Source of the DNA: Candidatus Omnitrophota bacterium
GTDB taxonomy: Bacteria > Omnitrophota > Gorgyraeia > Pluralincolimonadales > Pluralincolimonadaceae
NCBI GenBank assembly: GCA_028716565.1
Contig: JAQUPL010000002.1
Span: 25,491-89,490 of the forward strand
DNA length: 64,000 nt
Reading direction: 5' to 3'
A program made the position numbers and the translations under genes. The notes under the pieces are model-generated. The model was not told the origin of the DNA. It searched no databases and worked only from the letters and a program-made list of their open reading frames with translations. Positions within the stretch are counted from its first letter, which is position 1. Each line of letters begins with the position of its first letter. Positions 21,517 through 31,222 of the stretch are shown piece after piece.

Positions 21517-22283
21517 ATTACCTCTTTAGCGTTAAAGACCGGGCCGTCTTTACAGACCAGTTTATACCCCGATCTTGTCTTTATCGCGCACCCCAGGCAC
21601 GCGCCCACCCCGCAGGCAATATTCTCCTCCAAAGAGACGTAACATTCAAGCCCGCGTTTTTTCGCGATCTGAGCCGTGGCTTTTAACATCGGCTTCGGGC
21701 CGCAGGTAAATATAACCGGCCGTAATCTCTTTTTTGCCGACAGGAATCCGTTTAAAACATCGGTCGCGAAGCACCTTTTACCGCAGCTGCCGTCGTCTGT
21801 AGCGACCATCGTCTCTATGCCGATGCCGCTGAAGTGCTCTTCGCACAGGAGGATTTTTTTATTCCTGGCGCCTATTATCGCGTAGACATCGGCTTTCTTT
21901 ATTTTTACGAGCGATTCGGCAAGGGAAGCCAGGGGCGCCACGCCTATGCCGCCGGCGATCACCACAAAACTTTTTGCGCCTTTCGGAACCGTGAACCCGT
22001 TGCCCAACGGGCCAAGGATATCTACTTTATCTCCCGGCTTCAAACCCGCGAGGTAATGCGTCCCCTTGCCTATTATCTCGTATAATATCTCGAAACCCGA
22101 AACCTTTATCCTGTGGAAACCGAACGGCCTCCTCAACAGCGGCGTGTCAGTGTCGCCGCACCTTATCGTCAGGAACTGGCCTGGCTTCGCTTTTTTCGCG
22201 ATGGACGGGCACTTTACTGCCATCATGTAATAACCGGGCTTTATCTTCCTGTTCGATAGGACTTTTCCCGTCTCTTGTATCAT
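21510..22283 (-). CDS. pyrK: Dihydroorotate dehydrogenase electron-transfer subunit
   Basis: FAD/NAD-binding fold plus C-terminal 2Fe-2S Cys cluster ([10 protein letters not shown]). Start taken at the Met whose ATG forms an ATGA overlap with the carB stop at 22280-22283. The track ORF extends further to 22388. Confidence 0.85.
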   Translation of the reverse strand: MIQETGKVLSNRKIKPGYYMMAVKCPSIAKKAKPGQFLTIRCGDTDTPLLRRPFGFHRIKVSGFEILYEIIGKGTHYLAGLKPGDKVDILGPLGNGFTVPKGAKSFVVIAGGIGVAPLASLAESLVKIKKADVYAIIGARNKKILLCEEHFSGIGIETMVATDDGSCGKRCFATDVLNGFLSAKKRLRPVIFTCGPKPMLKATAQIAKKRGLECYVSLEENIACGVGACLGCAIKTRSGYKLVCKDGPVFNAKEVIW

Positions 22284-25200
22284 ATGGCTGCGTGCCATTC
22301 CTTTAATGGCCTTACCCCTACGGAATGCTGCTTGATCGCCTCTATTCCCTTGGTCGCGGCATCCGCTCCCGGCATCGTCGTGACGCACGGAACGCCCAGC
22401 GAAACCGCGAGCGACCTTATCTTTATCTCATCCTCCCTCGGCTTCTTTCCGGAAGGCGTGTTTATGATCAATTTTATCTTTCCTTCCCTCATCTGGTCGA
22501 GTATGTTAGGGCTCCCCTCGCTTATCCTGTGGATCCGGGTAGCCGCGATGCCGGCTTCTTTGAGCGTCGCCGCCGTACCCGCGGTAGCGATCATGTCGAA
22601 TCCCAGCTTGCTCAATTTCTTGGCTATCGGGACTATCTTCGCCTTATGGGCGTCCTGGACGCTCACGAAGACCGTGCCTTCTGTCGGCAGCGCGCTGTTA
22701 GCCGCCATCTGCGATTTCGCGAACGCCCTGCCGAAATCCACGTCTATGCCCATGACCTCGCCTGTCGACCTCATCTCAGGACCGAGTATTATGTCTATCC
22801 CCGGGAATTTGACGAACGGGAAGACGGATTCTTTCACCGATATCTGCGGCGGGGTGATCTCTTTGGTGAAACCGAGGTCTTTTAATTTCTTCCCTGCCAT
22901 GACCTTTGCCGCGAGCTTCGCGAGTGGCACCCCTATCGCCTTGCTGACGAAAGGTATTGTCCTCGAGGCCCGGGGATTCACCTCTAATATATAAACGACC
23001 CCCTTCTGCACGGCATATTGGACGTTCATAAGCCCGACGACGTTCAGGTCTTTCGCCATGGAGAATGTCGCCTGCCTTATCTCGTCAATGACTTTCTTGC
23101 CCAGCGTATGCGGCGGAAGGACCATCGCGGCGTCTCCGGAATGGACTCCGGCCTCCTCTATGTGCTCCATTATCCCGCCTATCACGAATGTCTCTCCGTC
23201 GCCTATCATGTCGACGTCGACCTCGATCGCGTCCTCGAGGAACTTGTCTATCAGCACCGGGAATTCGGGAGAGGCCTTTACCGCATGCGTCATATAATAC
23301 TCGAGCGACTCGTCATCGTAGACTATTTCCATCGCGCGCCCTCCCAGGACATAGGAAGGCCTGACCAGGACCGGGTAGCCTATCTTCTTCGCTGCCTCTA
23401 CCGCGCCTTTGACATCGACGGCGGTCCCGTTTACCGGCTGCCTCAATCCCAGTTTCTCGACGAGGAGTTTGAATTTCTCCCTGTCCTCAGCTATATCTAT
23501 CGCCTCCGGCGTCGTCCCGATTATTTTGAGGCCGGCCTTCTTTAACGCTACCGCCAGGTTCAGCGGGGTCTGGCCTCCGAATTGGACTATCGCGCCGTCC
23601 GGCTTCTCTTTATCGGCTATATTAAGGACGTCCTCGATGGTGAGCGGCTCAAAATACAGCTTGTCCGAGGTGTCGTAATCCGTCGAGACGGTCTCGGGAT
23701 TGGAGTTTACCATTATCGTCTCGCAGCCTATCTCCTTGAGCGCGAAAGCGGCATGGACGCAGCAATAATCGAACTCAATGCCCTGGCCTATCCTGTTCGG
23801 GCCGCCCCCGAGTATCATTATCTTTTTTTTCGCGGAGGACCTCATCTCATCCTCTTCTTCGTATGTCGAATAGAAATAAGGCGTATACGCCTCGAATTCC
23901 GCGGCGCAGGTGTCGACCAGCTTATAGACCGCGCCTGTCCCGTCTTTTATCCTCGACTTCCTTACACCCATCTCGTCCGAACCGCGCAGGTGCGAGATCT
24001 GCTTATCAGAGAACCCGTACTGTTTAGCTTTCAGGAGAAATTCGCCTGTCATCTCTGAGCTCTTTATCTGGTCTTCGACCTCGATTATCTCCTTTATGTT
24101 CTGGAGGAACCACGGGTCTATCTTCGTAAGCCCGTATATTTTTTCTATCGTAAGCCCTTCTTTTAAAGCGTACCTGATATAAAATAACCTGTCCTGGTTG
24201 GGCGTTTTTAATTTCTCTATTATCTCCTGCTTGAAATTGGGACCCTTCGACCTCGCTTCGTACTCATCCTTCGGGTCGGAGCCGAGGCCGAACCTCCCTA
24301 TCTCGAGCGACCTTATCCCTTTCTGCAGCGCCTCTTTGAACGTCCTGCCTATTGCCATCGTCTCGCCGACCGATTTCATCTGTATGGTCAGCCTTTGGTC
24401 GGCCTTCGGGAATTTCTCGAAAGCCCACCTCGGTATCTTCACTACGCAATAATCTATCGTCGGCTCGAAAGAGGCCGGCGTCTCTTTGGTAATGTCGTTA
24501 GGTATCTCATCGAGCGAGTAGCCGACAGCAAGTTTCGCCGCGATCTTGGCTATCGGGAAGCCGGTCGCCTTGGAGGCCAGGGCAGACGATCTCGATACCC
24601 TCGGGTTCATCTCGATGATCACCTGCCTGCCGGTATCCGGGTTAACGCCGAACTGGATGTTCGAGCCTCCGGTCTCGACGCCGATCTCGCGTATGACCTT
24701 TATCGCCGAATCCCGCATTATCTGGTATTCCCTGTCGGTCAGCGTCTGGGCCGGCGCGACTGTTATTGAATCGCCGGTATGTACCCCCATCGGATCGAAG
24801 TTCTCGATCGAGCATATTATGACGACGTTGTCCTTGATGTCCCGCATGACCTCGAGCTCATACTCCTTCCACCCGACGACGGATTCCTCTATCAGTATCT
24901 CTCCTATCATGCTTAAGGAAAGGCCTCTCTGTGCGATCTCCTCAAATTCTTTCCAATCCGCCGCCGTCCCCCCGCCTGTGCCGCCTAATGTAAATGACGG
25001 CCTTATGACGAGAGGGAATTCTATTTCTCCGGCGATCTTTTTCGCCTGCTCCATGTTGTAGGCGAGGTCGCTCTTCGGGAGGTCGAGGCCTATCTTCGTC
25101 ATCGCTTCCTTAAAAAGTTTCCTGTCTTCGGCCTTTTTTATAGCCTCGGCTTTCGCGCCTATCATCTCCACCCCGAATTTTTTCAGGATGCCCATTTCGT

Positions 25201-25507
25201 GGAGCCGTATCGCGCAGTTCAGGCCTGTCTGCCCGCCCAGCGTAGGCAATAAGGCATCCGGCCTTTCCTTTTCGATTATCTTCGTTATCATTTCCGGGGT
25301 TATCGGCTCGATGTAAGTAACATCGGCCGTTTCCGGGTCAGTCATGATGGTTGCCGGATTGGAGTTAACGAGGATGACCTTGAACCCCTCCTCGCGGAGC
25401 GCTTTGCACGCCTGGGTCCCGGAATAATCGAATTCGCAGGCCTGGCCTATCACTATCGGGCCTGAGCCTATTATCAATATCTTATTTATGTCTGTCCTCT
25501 TAGGCAT
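22280..25507 (-). CDS. carB: Carbamoyl-phosphate synthase large subunit
   Basis: 1075 aa. Duplicated ATP-grasp halves and a C-terminal MGS-like domain. Confidence 0.97.
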   Translation of the reverse strand: MPKRTDINKILIIGSGPIVIGQACEFDYSGTQACKALREEGFKVILVNSNPATIMTDPETADVTYIEPITPEMITKIIEKERPDALLPTLGGQTGLNCAIRLHEMGILKKFGVEMIGAKAEAIKKAEDRKLFKEAMTKIGLDLPKSDLAYNMEQAKKIAGEIEFPLVIRPSFTLGGTGGGTAADWKEFEEIAQRGLSLSMIGEILIEESVVGWKEYELEVMRDIKDNVVIICSIENFDPMGVHTGDSITVAPAQTLTDREYQIMRDSAIKVIREIGVETGGSNIQFGVNPDTGRQVIIEMNPRVSRSSALASKATGFPIAKIAAKLAVGYSLDEIPNDITKETPASFEPTIDYCVVKIPRWAFEKFPKADQRLTIQMKSVGETMAIGRTFKEALQKGIRSLEIGRFGLGSDPKDEYEARSKGPNFKQEIIEKLKTPNQDRLFYIRYALKEGLTIEKIYGLTKIDPWFLQNIKEIIEVEDQIKSSEMTGEFLLKAKQYGFSDKQISHLRGSDEMGVRKSRIKDGTGAVYKLVDTCAAEFEAYTPYFYSTYEEEDEMRSSAKKKIMILGGGPNRIGQGIEFDYCCVHAAFALKEIGCETIMVNSNPETVSTDYDTSDKLYFEPLTIEDVLNIADKEKPDGAIVQFGGQTPLNLAVALKKAGLKIIGTTPEAIDIAEDREKFKLLVEKLGLRQPVNGTAVDVKGAVEAAKKIGYPVLVRPSYVLGGRAMEIVYDDESLEYYMTHAVKASPEFPVLIDKFLEDAIEVDVDMIGDGETFVIGGIMEHIEEAGVHSGDAAMVLPPHTLGKKVIDEIRQATFSMAKDLNVVGLMNVQYAVQKGVVYILEVNPRASRTIPFVSKAIGVPLAKLAAKVMAGKKLKDLGFTKEITPPQISVKESVFPFVKFPGIDIILGPEMRSTGEVMGIDVDFGRAFAKSQMAANSALPTEGTVFVSVQDAHKAKIVPIAKKLSKLGFDMIATAGTAATLKEAGIAATRIHRISEGSPNILDQMREGKIKLIINTPSGKKPREDEIKIRSLAVSLGVPCVTTMPGADAATKGIEAIKQHSVGVRPLKEWHAAI

Positions 25508-26597
25508 CTTTCCTTTCGCTCATCATGGTTGCAAATTTGTCGAATAGATATTCGGCGTCATGCGGGCCCGGGCACGCTTCGGGATGGTACTGGACGGAGA
25601 ATACCGGCAGCTTCTTGTGTTCCATGCCCTCTACCGTCCTGTCATAGAGATTTATATGCGTCAATACGACGTCTTTGTCCGGGATCGAATCCATATCCAC
25701 GGCAAACCCGTGGTTCTGCGACGTGATGTCGACTTTTTTCGTCCTCAGGTCCATCACCGGATGGTTGCCGCCGTGGTGGCCGAATTTAAGCTTATAGGTT
25801 TTGCCGCCGAATGCCAGGCCTAATATCTGGTGGCCGAGGCATATGCCAAATATAGGGAGTTTGCCAATCAGCTTTCTTACGGCTTCGATATGATACGGCA
25901 CGCCTTCCGGGTCTCCCGGGCCGTTCGAAAGGAACAGCCCGTCCGGCTTAAGCGCGAGTACCTCTTCTGCCGTCGCAGAGGCCGGAAGGACCTTGACCCT
26001 GCAGCCTATCCTGCTCAAATTCCTGAATATATTTAACTTCGTCCCGCAATCTATCGCGACGACGGTAAACCGCGGCTTTACGGCGCCCTCATCCCCCCAA
26101 TCGAAGGGTTTCTTGCACGTGACTTCCTTGACGAGATCTCTCCCTAAGAGGCCCGGCGAGCCTTTGACTTTATCTAGAAGCTTTTTCTCATCCGGCTCCT
26201 CGGTCGATATGGCGCATTTCATCGCGCCCTTGGTCCTTAATTTCCTAGTGATCGCCCTGGTATCGACGCCCTGTATGCCGACTATTTTATGCTTTTTCAT
26301 ATAATCGCCGAGTGTGGCTTTCTTTCTGTAATTAGAGGCTGTTCCGCTCAATTCTTTTATCACGAAGCCCTCAGCCCACGGCCTGCGGGATTCCACATCT
26401 TCGTCGTTGACGCCGTAATTGCCTATAAGCGGGTATGTCATCATCACTATCTGACCCTTATAGGAAGGGTCGGTCAGGATCTCCTGATAGCCGGTCATTG
26501 AGGTATTAAACACCATCTCGCCGAACGACTCGCCCTCTGCGCCGAACGACTCGCCCTTATACGCGCTTCCGTCTTCCAGAACAAGGTATGCTTTCAT
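25500..26597 (-). CDS. carA: Carbamoyl-phosphate synthase small subunit (glutaminase)
   Basis: 365 aa. GATase catalytic Cys in GICLGHQ. Confidence 0.95.
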   Translation of the reverse strand: MKAYLVLEDGSAYKGESFGAEGESFGEMVFNTSMTGYQEILTDPSYKGQIVMMTYPLIGNYGVNDEDVESRRPWAEGFVIKELSGTASNYRKKATLGDYMKKHKIVGIQGVDTRAITRKLRTKGAMKCAISTEEPDEKKLLDKVKGSPGLLGRDLVKEVTCKKPFDWGDEGAVKPRFTVVAIDCGTKLNIFRNLSRIGCRVKVLPASATAEEVLALKPDGLFLSNGPGDPEGVPYHIEAVRKLIGKLPIFGICLGHQILGLAFGGKTYKLKFGHHGGNHPVMDLRTKKVDITSQNHGFAVDMDSIPDKDVVLTHINLYDRTVEGMEHKKLPVFSVQYHPEACPGPHDAEYLFDKFATMMSERKDA

Positions 26598-26604
26598 TTT
26601 CCGC

Positions 26605-27834
26605 TCAGAATAAAGTAAGCTGCTTCTCTCCCGTTTCTTCTTTGTCGAATATCTTTATCTTCCCGTACTCCCCGTCGTAACCGGCGAGGATATCCACTTT
26701 CCCGTTCCTGACCCTTATCACTCCCTCCGCGACCCTCTCCGGAAGCTGCGCCCTCAGGTCGTTTTCGCCCATCTTAAGCAGGATGTTGAATTCACTGCCG
26801 CATTTATTCACGAGCGACATATATTCGCGTTCGACCGCCACTGATTGTTCTCCTACTCCACGCGCGTCGGCTATTATCTGCGCGAGCGGTATCATGCTCT
26901 TGAAGGGTATGGCGCCCTCCGGCACGAATCCCTCGGGCCTGTCAGCGAGTTCTTCGACGCGGTGCATCACTCCGACGGTTATCTTCTTGCCGCAGACCGG
27001 ACAGAGGTTCCGATTCTTTATCGCCTCTTTCGGGGAGACCCTAGAATTGCAGTTCCGGTGCCCGTCATAATGGTACTTTCCTTCCTGCGGATAGAATTCT
27101 ACGGTATATAAAAATTTCTTTCTGTCTTTGGCCTTTAGCGCGCCGATTATCTCCCTGTAATCGAGCCCGCAATCGAAGACGTTCGCTTCCCTGCCTATCT
27201 TTTGGGGCGAATGTGAATCAGAATTTGAGATCAGTGAATACCTGTCGAGTTTGCCCAGGCGCCAGTTCATCGCCGGGTCGGACGAGAGGCCGGTCTCGAG
27301 GCAATATATGTTCTTCGCCTCATCTTTAAAGCATTCCTCGACGCTGTTGAAACCGGAATTCGACCCGAATATCGAGAAGTGCGGGGTCCACGCGTGAGCC
27401 GGCACGATAAAGCAATCCGGCGATACATCGAGGCACGCCCTGACGAGGTCCCTGGCGCTCATGTTCAGTATCGGGCGCCCGTCGGAAAAGAGGTCCCCGC
27501 ATTCTCCCAGTTTTGCGTTCAATCTTTCCGCCGTCCCCATATCGGGGACAAAAACCATGTTGTGTATCCTCTTGGATTTCCCTTCGACGTAGAAATTATT
27601 GAAGACCTCTACCGTCAATATGAAATTCACGCCGCCGTGTTCATAGAGCCCACCCCCCGCTTCTTGCAGTTCGCTCTTCAATTCGGAGAACCAGAGCGGG
27701 TGGGTGAAATCTCCCGTGCCGAGGAGGGATATCCCCTTGATCTTCGCCCAGCGGGAGAGCTCTTTGACGTTCATCGATCCCGATGTCGCGCGGCTGTATC
27801 TCGAATGGATATGGAAATCAGCTGCAAATTCCAT
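26605..27834 (-). CDS. PHP-domain nuclease of the TIGR00375 / endonuclease Q (EndoQ)-like family
   Basis: 409 aa. N-terminal PHP signature [17 protein letters not shown]...[16 protein letters not shown] closely parallels archaeal EndoQ. C-terminal zinc-ribbon CPVCGKK...H. Confidence 0.65.
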   Translation of the reverse strand: MEFAADFHIHSRYSRATSGSMNVKELSRWAKIKGISLLGTGDFTHPLWFSELKSELQEAGGGLYEHGGVNFILTVEVFNNFYVEGKSKRIHNMVFVPDMGTAERLNAKLGECGDLFSDGRPILNMSARDLVRACLDVSPDCFIVPAHAWTPHFSIFGSNSGFNSVEECFKDEAKNIYCLETGLSSDPAMNWRLGKLDRYSLISNSDSHSPQKIGREANVFDCGLDYREIIGALKAKDRKKFLYTVEFYPQEGKYHYDGHRNCNSRVSPKEAIKNRNLCPVCGKKITVGVMHRVEELADRPEGFVPEGAIPFKSMIPLAQIIADARGVGEQSVAVEREYMSLVNKCGSEFNILLKMGENDLRAQLPERVAEGVIRVRNGKVDILAGYDGEYGKIKIFDKEETGEKQLTLF

Positions 27835-28148
27835 TAAAAGATTGGCTCTAGCTCCTCTGTCCCTTTGCCTACGGCCTTACCGATAAGCGACCTCTGGTAA
27901 TTGATATATCCGAGGTTCTCTTTCGCCTTTTTCCCGTAATAACTGTCCGGGTATTTCTTTACCAGGAGGTCGTAATAATATTGGGCATTGTCCCAATCCT
28001 TGAGCTGGTACGCGATGTCGCCGGCGTGGAGCCAATCGCCTGCTTCCAGCTTTTCTTTTCCTTTCAAATACGGCTCCGGGGTGGCGCACCCCGCAATGAA
28101 GACCAGGGTCATCGCAAAAGCGAAGACTATCATAATTCCGCGGCCCAT
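27834..28148 (-). CDS. Small lipoprotein with TPR-like helical repeat
   Basis: 104 aa. Lipobox LVFIAGC. Helical YxxA/Y-rich repeat reminiscent of BamD/YbgF-like proteins. Confidence 0.5.
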   Translation of the reverse strand: MGRGIMIVFAFAMTLVFIAGCATPEPYLKGKEKLEAGDWLHAGDIAYQLKDWDNAQYYYDLLVKKYPDSYYGKKAKENLGYINYQRSLIGKAVGKGTEELEPIF

Positions 28149-28161
28149 TATACCCTCCTTT

Positions 28162-29451
28162 TTAATCGAATTTCCCGTTTTCGTATTTTATCTTTCCGCC
28201 GACTATAGTAACGAGAACCGTCCCGCCCATCTTCCTGCCGGCCAGCGGCGTGTTCTTCGATTTGGATTCTAAGTGTTTCTCCTCGACGATCCATTCCGCG
28301 GCAGGGTCGAAGACCGTGACGTCAGCGTCGCTTCCCGCGGCGAGTGAACCTTTCCCCTTGAGGCCTAATATCGCCGAGGGATTTGCCGACATCTTACTTA
28401 CGAGGCCGCTCCAGTCGAGGGTTCTGTTTTTCACCAATTCCGTATTAGCGAGCGATAAGGCGAACTCCAGGCCTATCATCCCGTTCGCGGCAAAATCGAA
28501 TTCGACGTCTTTTTCTTCGACGGAATGCGGCGCGTGGTCGGTAGAGATCACATCTATCGTCCCGTCGGATAATCCTTTCTTGATCGCCGCCAGGTCTTCC
28601 TTCGCCCTCAACGGCGGATTAACCTTCGCCTTCGTATTAAAACCCAGCGCCGCCTCTTCTGTAAGCGTGAAGTAGTGCGGGCAAGTCTCGCATGTCACTT
28701 TTATCCCTCTTTTTTTCGCTTCCCTTACCGCCTCGACGCTCTCTTTTGCGGATACGTGGGCGATGTGCAGCTTCGCGCCGGTAAGCCCGGCCAGCTCTAT
28801 ATCCCTCATAACCATGACTACTTCCGACGCGCGCGGTATCCCTTTCAGCCCGAGTTTCGTCGAGATAAATCCTTCGTTCATTACGCCGTTTTTAGACAGG
28901 TTCGCGTCTTCGCAGTGCGATATCACCGGCAGGCCGAACATCTTCGCGTATTCGAGCGCCCGCCTCAATATCTCGGCGTTCATCACCGGCTTTCCGTCGT
29001 CTGACAAGGCCTTCGCCCCGGCCTCGGCTATCTGGCCTATCTCGGTAAGTTCTTTGCCTTCGAGGCCTTTCGTCACCGCGGCTGCGGGATAGATGTTAAT
29101 GAGCCCCGTCTTCGAGGCCTCGGAGAGGATATATTCCACGACACCCTTATTGTCTATGACCGGGTTTGTGTTAGCCATACACAGGACCGAAGTAAATCCT
29201 CCCTTGAGCGCCGCCCTTGAACCGGTGACAAACGTCTCCTCATCTTCCCTGCCCGGCTGCCTCAGGTGGACATGCATATCTATAAGCCCGGGGAATACCA
29301 GTTTCCCTTTGCAATCAATGGACTTGGCGCCGTTCGACTTGATATTCTTGCCTACCTGCGCTATCTTATCGCCCTTTATAAGGACGTCGGCTTCCGAATT
29401 GAGATCGTTCGCCGGATCGACCACATATCCGCCCTTCAGGATGATATCCAT
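28162..29451 (-). CDS. pyrC: Dihydroorotase
   Basis: 429 aa. Metal-binding DMHVHLR and amidohydrolase fold. Confidence 0.9.
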   Translation of the reverse strand: MDIILKGGYVVDPANDLNSEADVLIKGDKIAQVGKNIKSNGAKSIDCKGKLVFPGLIDMHVHLRQPGREDEETFVTGSRAALKGGFTSVLCMANTNPVIDNKGVVEYILSEASKTGLINIYPAAAVTKGLEGKELTEIGQIAEAGAKALSDDGKPVMNAEILRRALEYAKMFGLPVISHCEDANLSKNGVMNEGFISTKLGLKGIPRASEVVMVMRDIELAGLTGAKLHIAHVSAKESVEAVREAKKRGIKVTCETCPHYFTLTEEAALGFNTKAKVNPPLRAKEDLAAIKKGLSDGTIDVISTDHAPHSVEEKDVEFDFAANGMIGLEFALSLANTELVKNRTLDWSGLVSKMSANPSAILGLKGKGSLAAGSDADVTVFDPAAEWIVEEKHLESKSKNTPLAGRKMGGTVLVTIVGGKIKYENGKFD

Positions 29452-29452
29452 G

Positions 29453-30391
29453 TCATTCGATCCTCTCTTTTACGCCTGACACCAGGTACAGGACCGCCAT
29501 CCTCACCGCGATGCCGTTCGTCACCTGCTCGAGGATCACGGAATACGGCCCGTCAGCCACCTCAGGGGTGATCTCGACGCCGCGGTTGATAGGCCCGGGG
29601 TGCATTATAAGGACGTCTTTCTTCGCGTATCTCAACTTCTCAGCGTCCAGCCCGAACTTCATGGCATATTCCCTTATGGATGGGAAGAGGCTCTGCCCTT
29701 GGCGCTCGAGTTGTATCCGCAGCATATTTATGACATCCGCGCCCTCGATCGCCTCTTTAATGTCATATGTCACTTTCACGCCGAGTTTTTCTATCTCCGG
29801 CGGCATAAGCGTCGCCGGCCCGCAGACCGTGACCTTCGCGCCGAGTTTGGTCAGTCCCCAGATATTCGACCGCGCCACCCTCGAGTGGGCGATGTCTCCT
29901 ATTATCGATACGTTCAGCCCGGCGACTTTCTTCTTGTGTTCCTTTATCGTGAATATATCGAGCAGGCCCTGGGTCGGATGCTCGTGCGAGCCGTCGCCCG
30001 CGTTTATTATCGACGGCGAGACCGACTCTGCCAGGAGTTGCGGCGCCCCGGAGGCCGAATGCCGCATTATTATGATATTTACCTTCATCGCCTCTATGTT
30101 CCTGGCCGTATCCTTTAACGTCTCCCCTTTGGTCAGGCTCGAGGCGCTCGTCTGGATATTGACTATATCGGCGCTCATGCGTTTCGCGGCGAGCTCAAAC
30201 GAGGTGCGCGTCCTGGTCGACGGCTCGAAGAAGAAGAGGACGACAGTCTGGCCGCGGAGCGTCGGGACTTTCTTTATCGGCCTCTGCGATATCTCCTTGA
30301 ACGAGTCGGCGGTCTCGAGGATGAGCCCTATCTCATCCGCCGAGAGGCTCTCAAGGCCCAGAAGGTCTTTTTTCGTCCACTTGACGGCCAT
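29453..30391 (-). CDS. pyrB: Aspartate carbamoyltransferase catalytic subunit
   Basis: 312 aa. STRTR carbamoyl-phosphate binding motif. Confidence 0.95.
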   Translation of the reverse strand: MAVKWTKKDLLGLESLSADEIGLILETADSFKEISQRPIKKVPTLRGQTVVLFFFEPSTRTRTSFELAAKRMSADIVNIQTSASSLTKGETLKDTARNIEAMKVNIIIMRHSASGAPQLLAESVSPSIINAGDGSHEHPTQGLLDIFTIKEHKKKVAGLNVSIIGDIAHSRVARSNIWGLTKLGAKVTVCGPATLMPPEIEKLGVKVTYDIKEAIEGADVINMLRIQLERQGQSLFPSIREYAMKFGLDAEKLRYAKKDVLIMHPGPINRGVEITPEVADGPYSVILEQVTNGIAVRMAVLYLVSGVKERIE

Positions 30392-30393
30392 AT

Positions 30394-30942
30394 CTATCCC
30401 TCCATTTCGGCGACTACAACACCGTCTTCGCCGTCTGCTTCTTTTATTTTGACCTGTACCGTCTCTTTCTGCGATGTAGGTATGTTCTTCCCCGCGTAAT
30501 CGGCCCTTATCGGCAGCTCACGATGGCCCCTGTCTACCAGCACGGCCAGCTGTATGCTCTTCGGCCTGCCGAAATCTATCAGGGCGTCGAGCGCGCATCT
30601 TATCGTCCTGCCGGTATAGAGGACGTCATCTACCAGGATTATCACCTTATCCTGTATATCGAAATCTATCTCGGTCTTATGGACAACCGGTTGTTCCGCG
30701 ACGTCGGTAAGGTCATCCCTGTAAAGGGTTATGTCCAGGGCGCCTACCGGGATCTCCCGGTTGACTATGGCTCCCATCTTCCGGGCAAGCCGGTCGGCAA
30801 GCAAGGCGCCCCTTGTCCTTATTCCCACTATCGCGAGCCCTTCGACAGATTTGTTATTCTCGGTTATCTCGTGGGCGATACGCACCAGGGCGTTCTCGAT
30901 CTGTCCGGCATCCATCACTTTTGCTTTCTCGCGAAGTTTCAT
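30394..30942 (-). CDS. pyrR: Bifunctional pyrimidine operon regulatory protein / uracil phosphoribosyltransferase
   Basis: 182 aa. PRTase motif [16 protein letters not shown]. First gene of the pyr operon. Confidence 0.9.
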   Translation of the reverse strand: MKLREKAKVMDAGQIENALVRIAHEITENNKSVEGLAIVGIRTRGALLADRLARKMGAIVNREIPVGALDITLYRDDLTDVAEQPVVHKTEIDFDIQDKVIILVDDVLYTGRTIRCALDALIDFGRPKSIQLAVLVDRGHRELPIRADYAGKNIPTSQKETVQVKIKEADGEDGVVVAEMEG

Positions 30943-30957
30943 AACCCCCTCCGGGCG

Positions 30958-31070
30958 ACAAAGTGCCTGTCTTTGCGGATTTTGGCAACGAAGTGCCAGT
31001 CTTTACGAATTTTGGCAACGAAGTGCCAGTCTTCGCAAATTTTGGCAATAAAAATGCCTGTCTCCGGCTC
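30958..31070. repeat. About four tandem copies of a 30-bp repeat in the pyrR leader / upstream intergenic region
   Basis: The unit TTTGGCAACGAAGTGCCAGTCTTTACGAAT occurs near-identically at 30981-31010 and 31011-31040, with degenerate copies at 30958-30980 and 31041-31070. Each unit contains the inverted repeat TGGCA-N6-TGCCA. Confidence 0.8.
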
Positions 31071-31088
31071 CTTGCCGAAAACAGGCAC
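31046..31088 (-). terminator. Terminator-like hairpin plus U-tract on the minus strand (terminator of the upstream operon or pyr leader attenuator)
   Basis: Minus-strand RNA GUGCCUGU-(19 nt loop)-ACAGGCAU followed by UUUUUAUU. It sits 135 nt downstream of the PilZ-GH gene stop and about 105 nt upstream of the pyrR start. Confidence 0.45.
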
Positions 31089-31222
31089 AATATGCTTTTT
31101 CGTATAATTACAGCTCATCTTCCTCTCCTTTTCCGGCCTCACTGGGCCAGATTAAAAGGTTACTGAATGTAAAATATAGCATGCGGCTGCCTTATTGTCA
31201 AGGGCTAATTTCAGGAGGACGC

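Noticed and set aside
22325-25061. Several long ORFs on the plus strand opposite carB (22325-22885, 23018-23545, 23582-24058, 24395-24769, 24546-25061)
   Set aside because: They are antisense to a well-supported 1075-aa carB. They are Arg/Pro-rich and low-complexity, as is typical of spurious antisense frames in GC-rich coding DNA.
30939-31166. Track ORFs 30939-31142 (-) and 30963-31166 (+) spanning the 30-bp tandem repeats. I also briefly considered a mini CRISPR array and a sigma54 promoter reading.
   Set aside because: Both ORFs are translations of the repeat itself, which gives repetitive peptides ([10 protein letters not shown] x3) in the pyrR leader. The spacers between repeats are only about 7 bp, so this is not a CRISPR array. 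TGGCAC-N4-TTGCC does not fit the sigma54 -24/-12 spacing or the -12 consensus.
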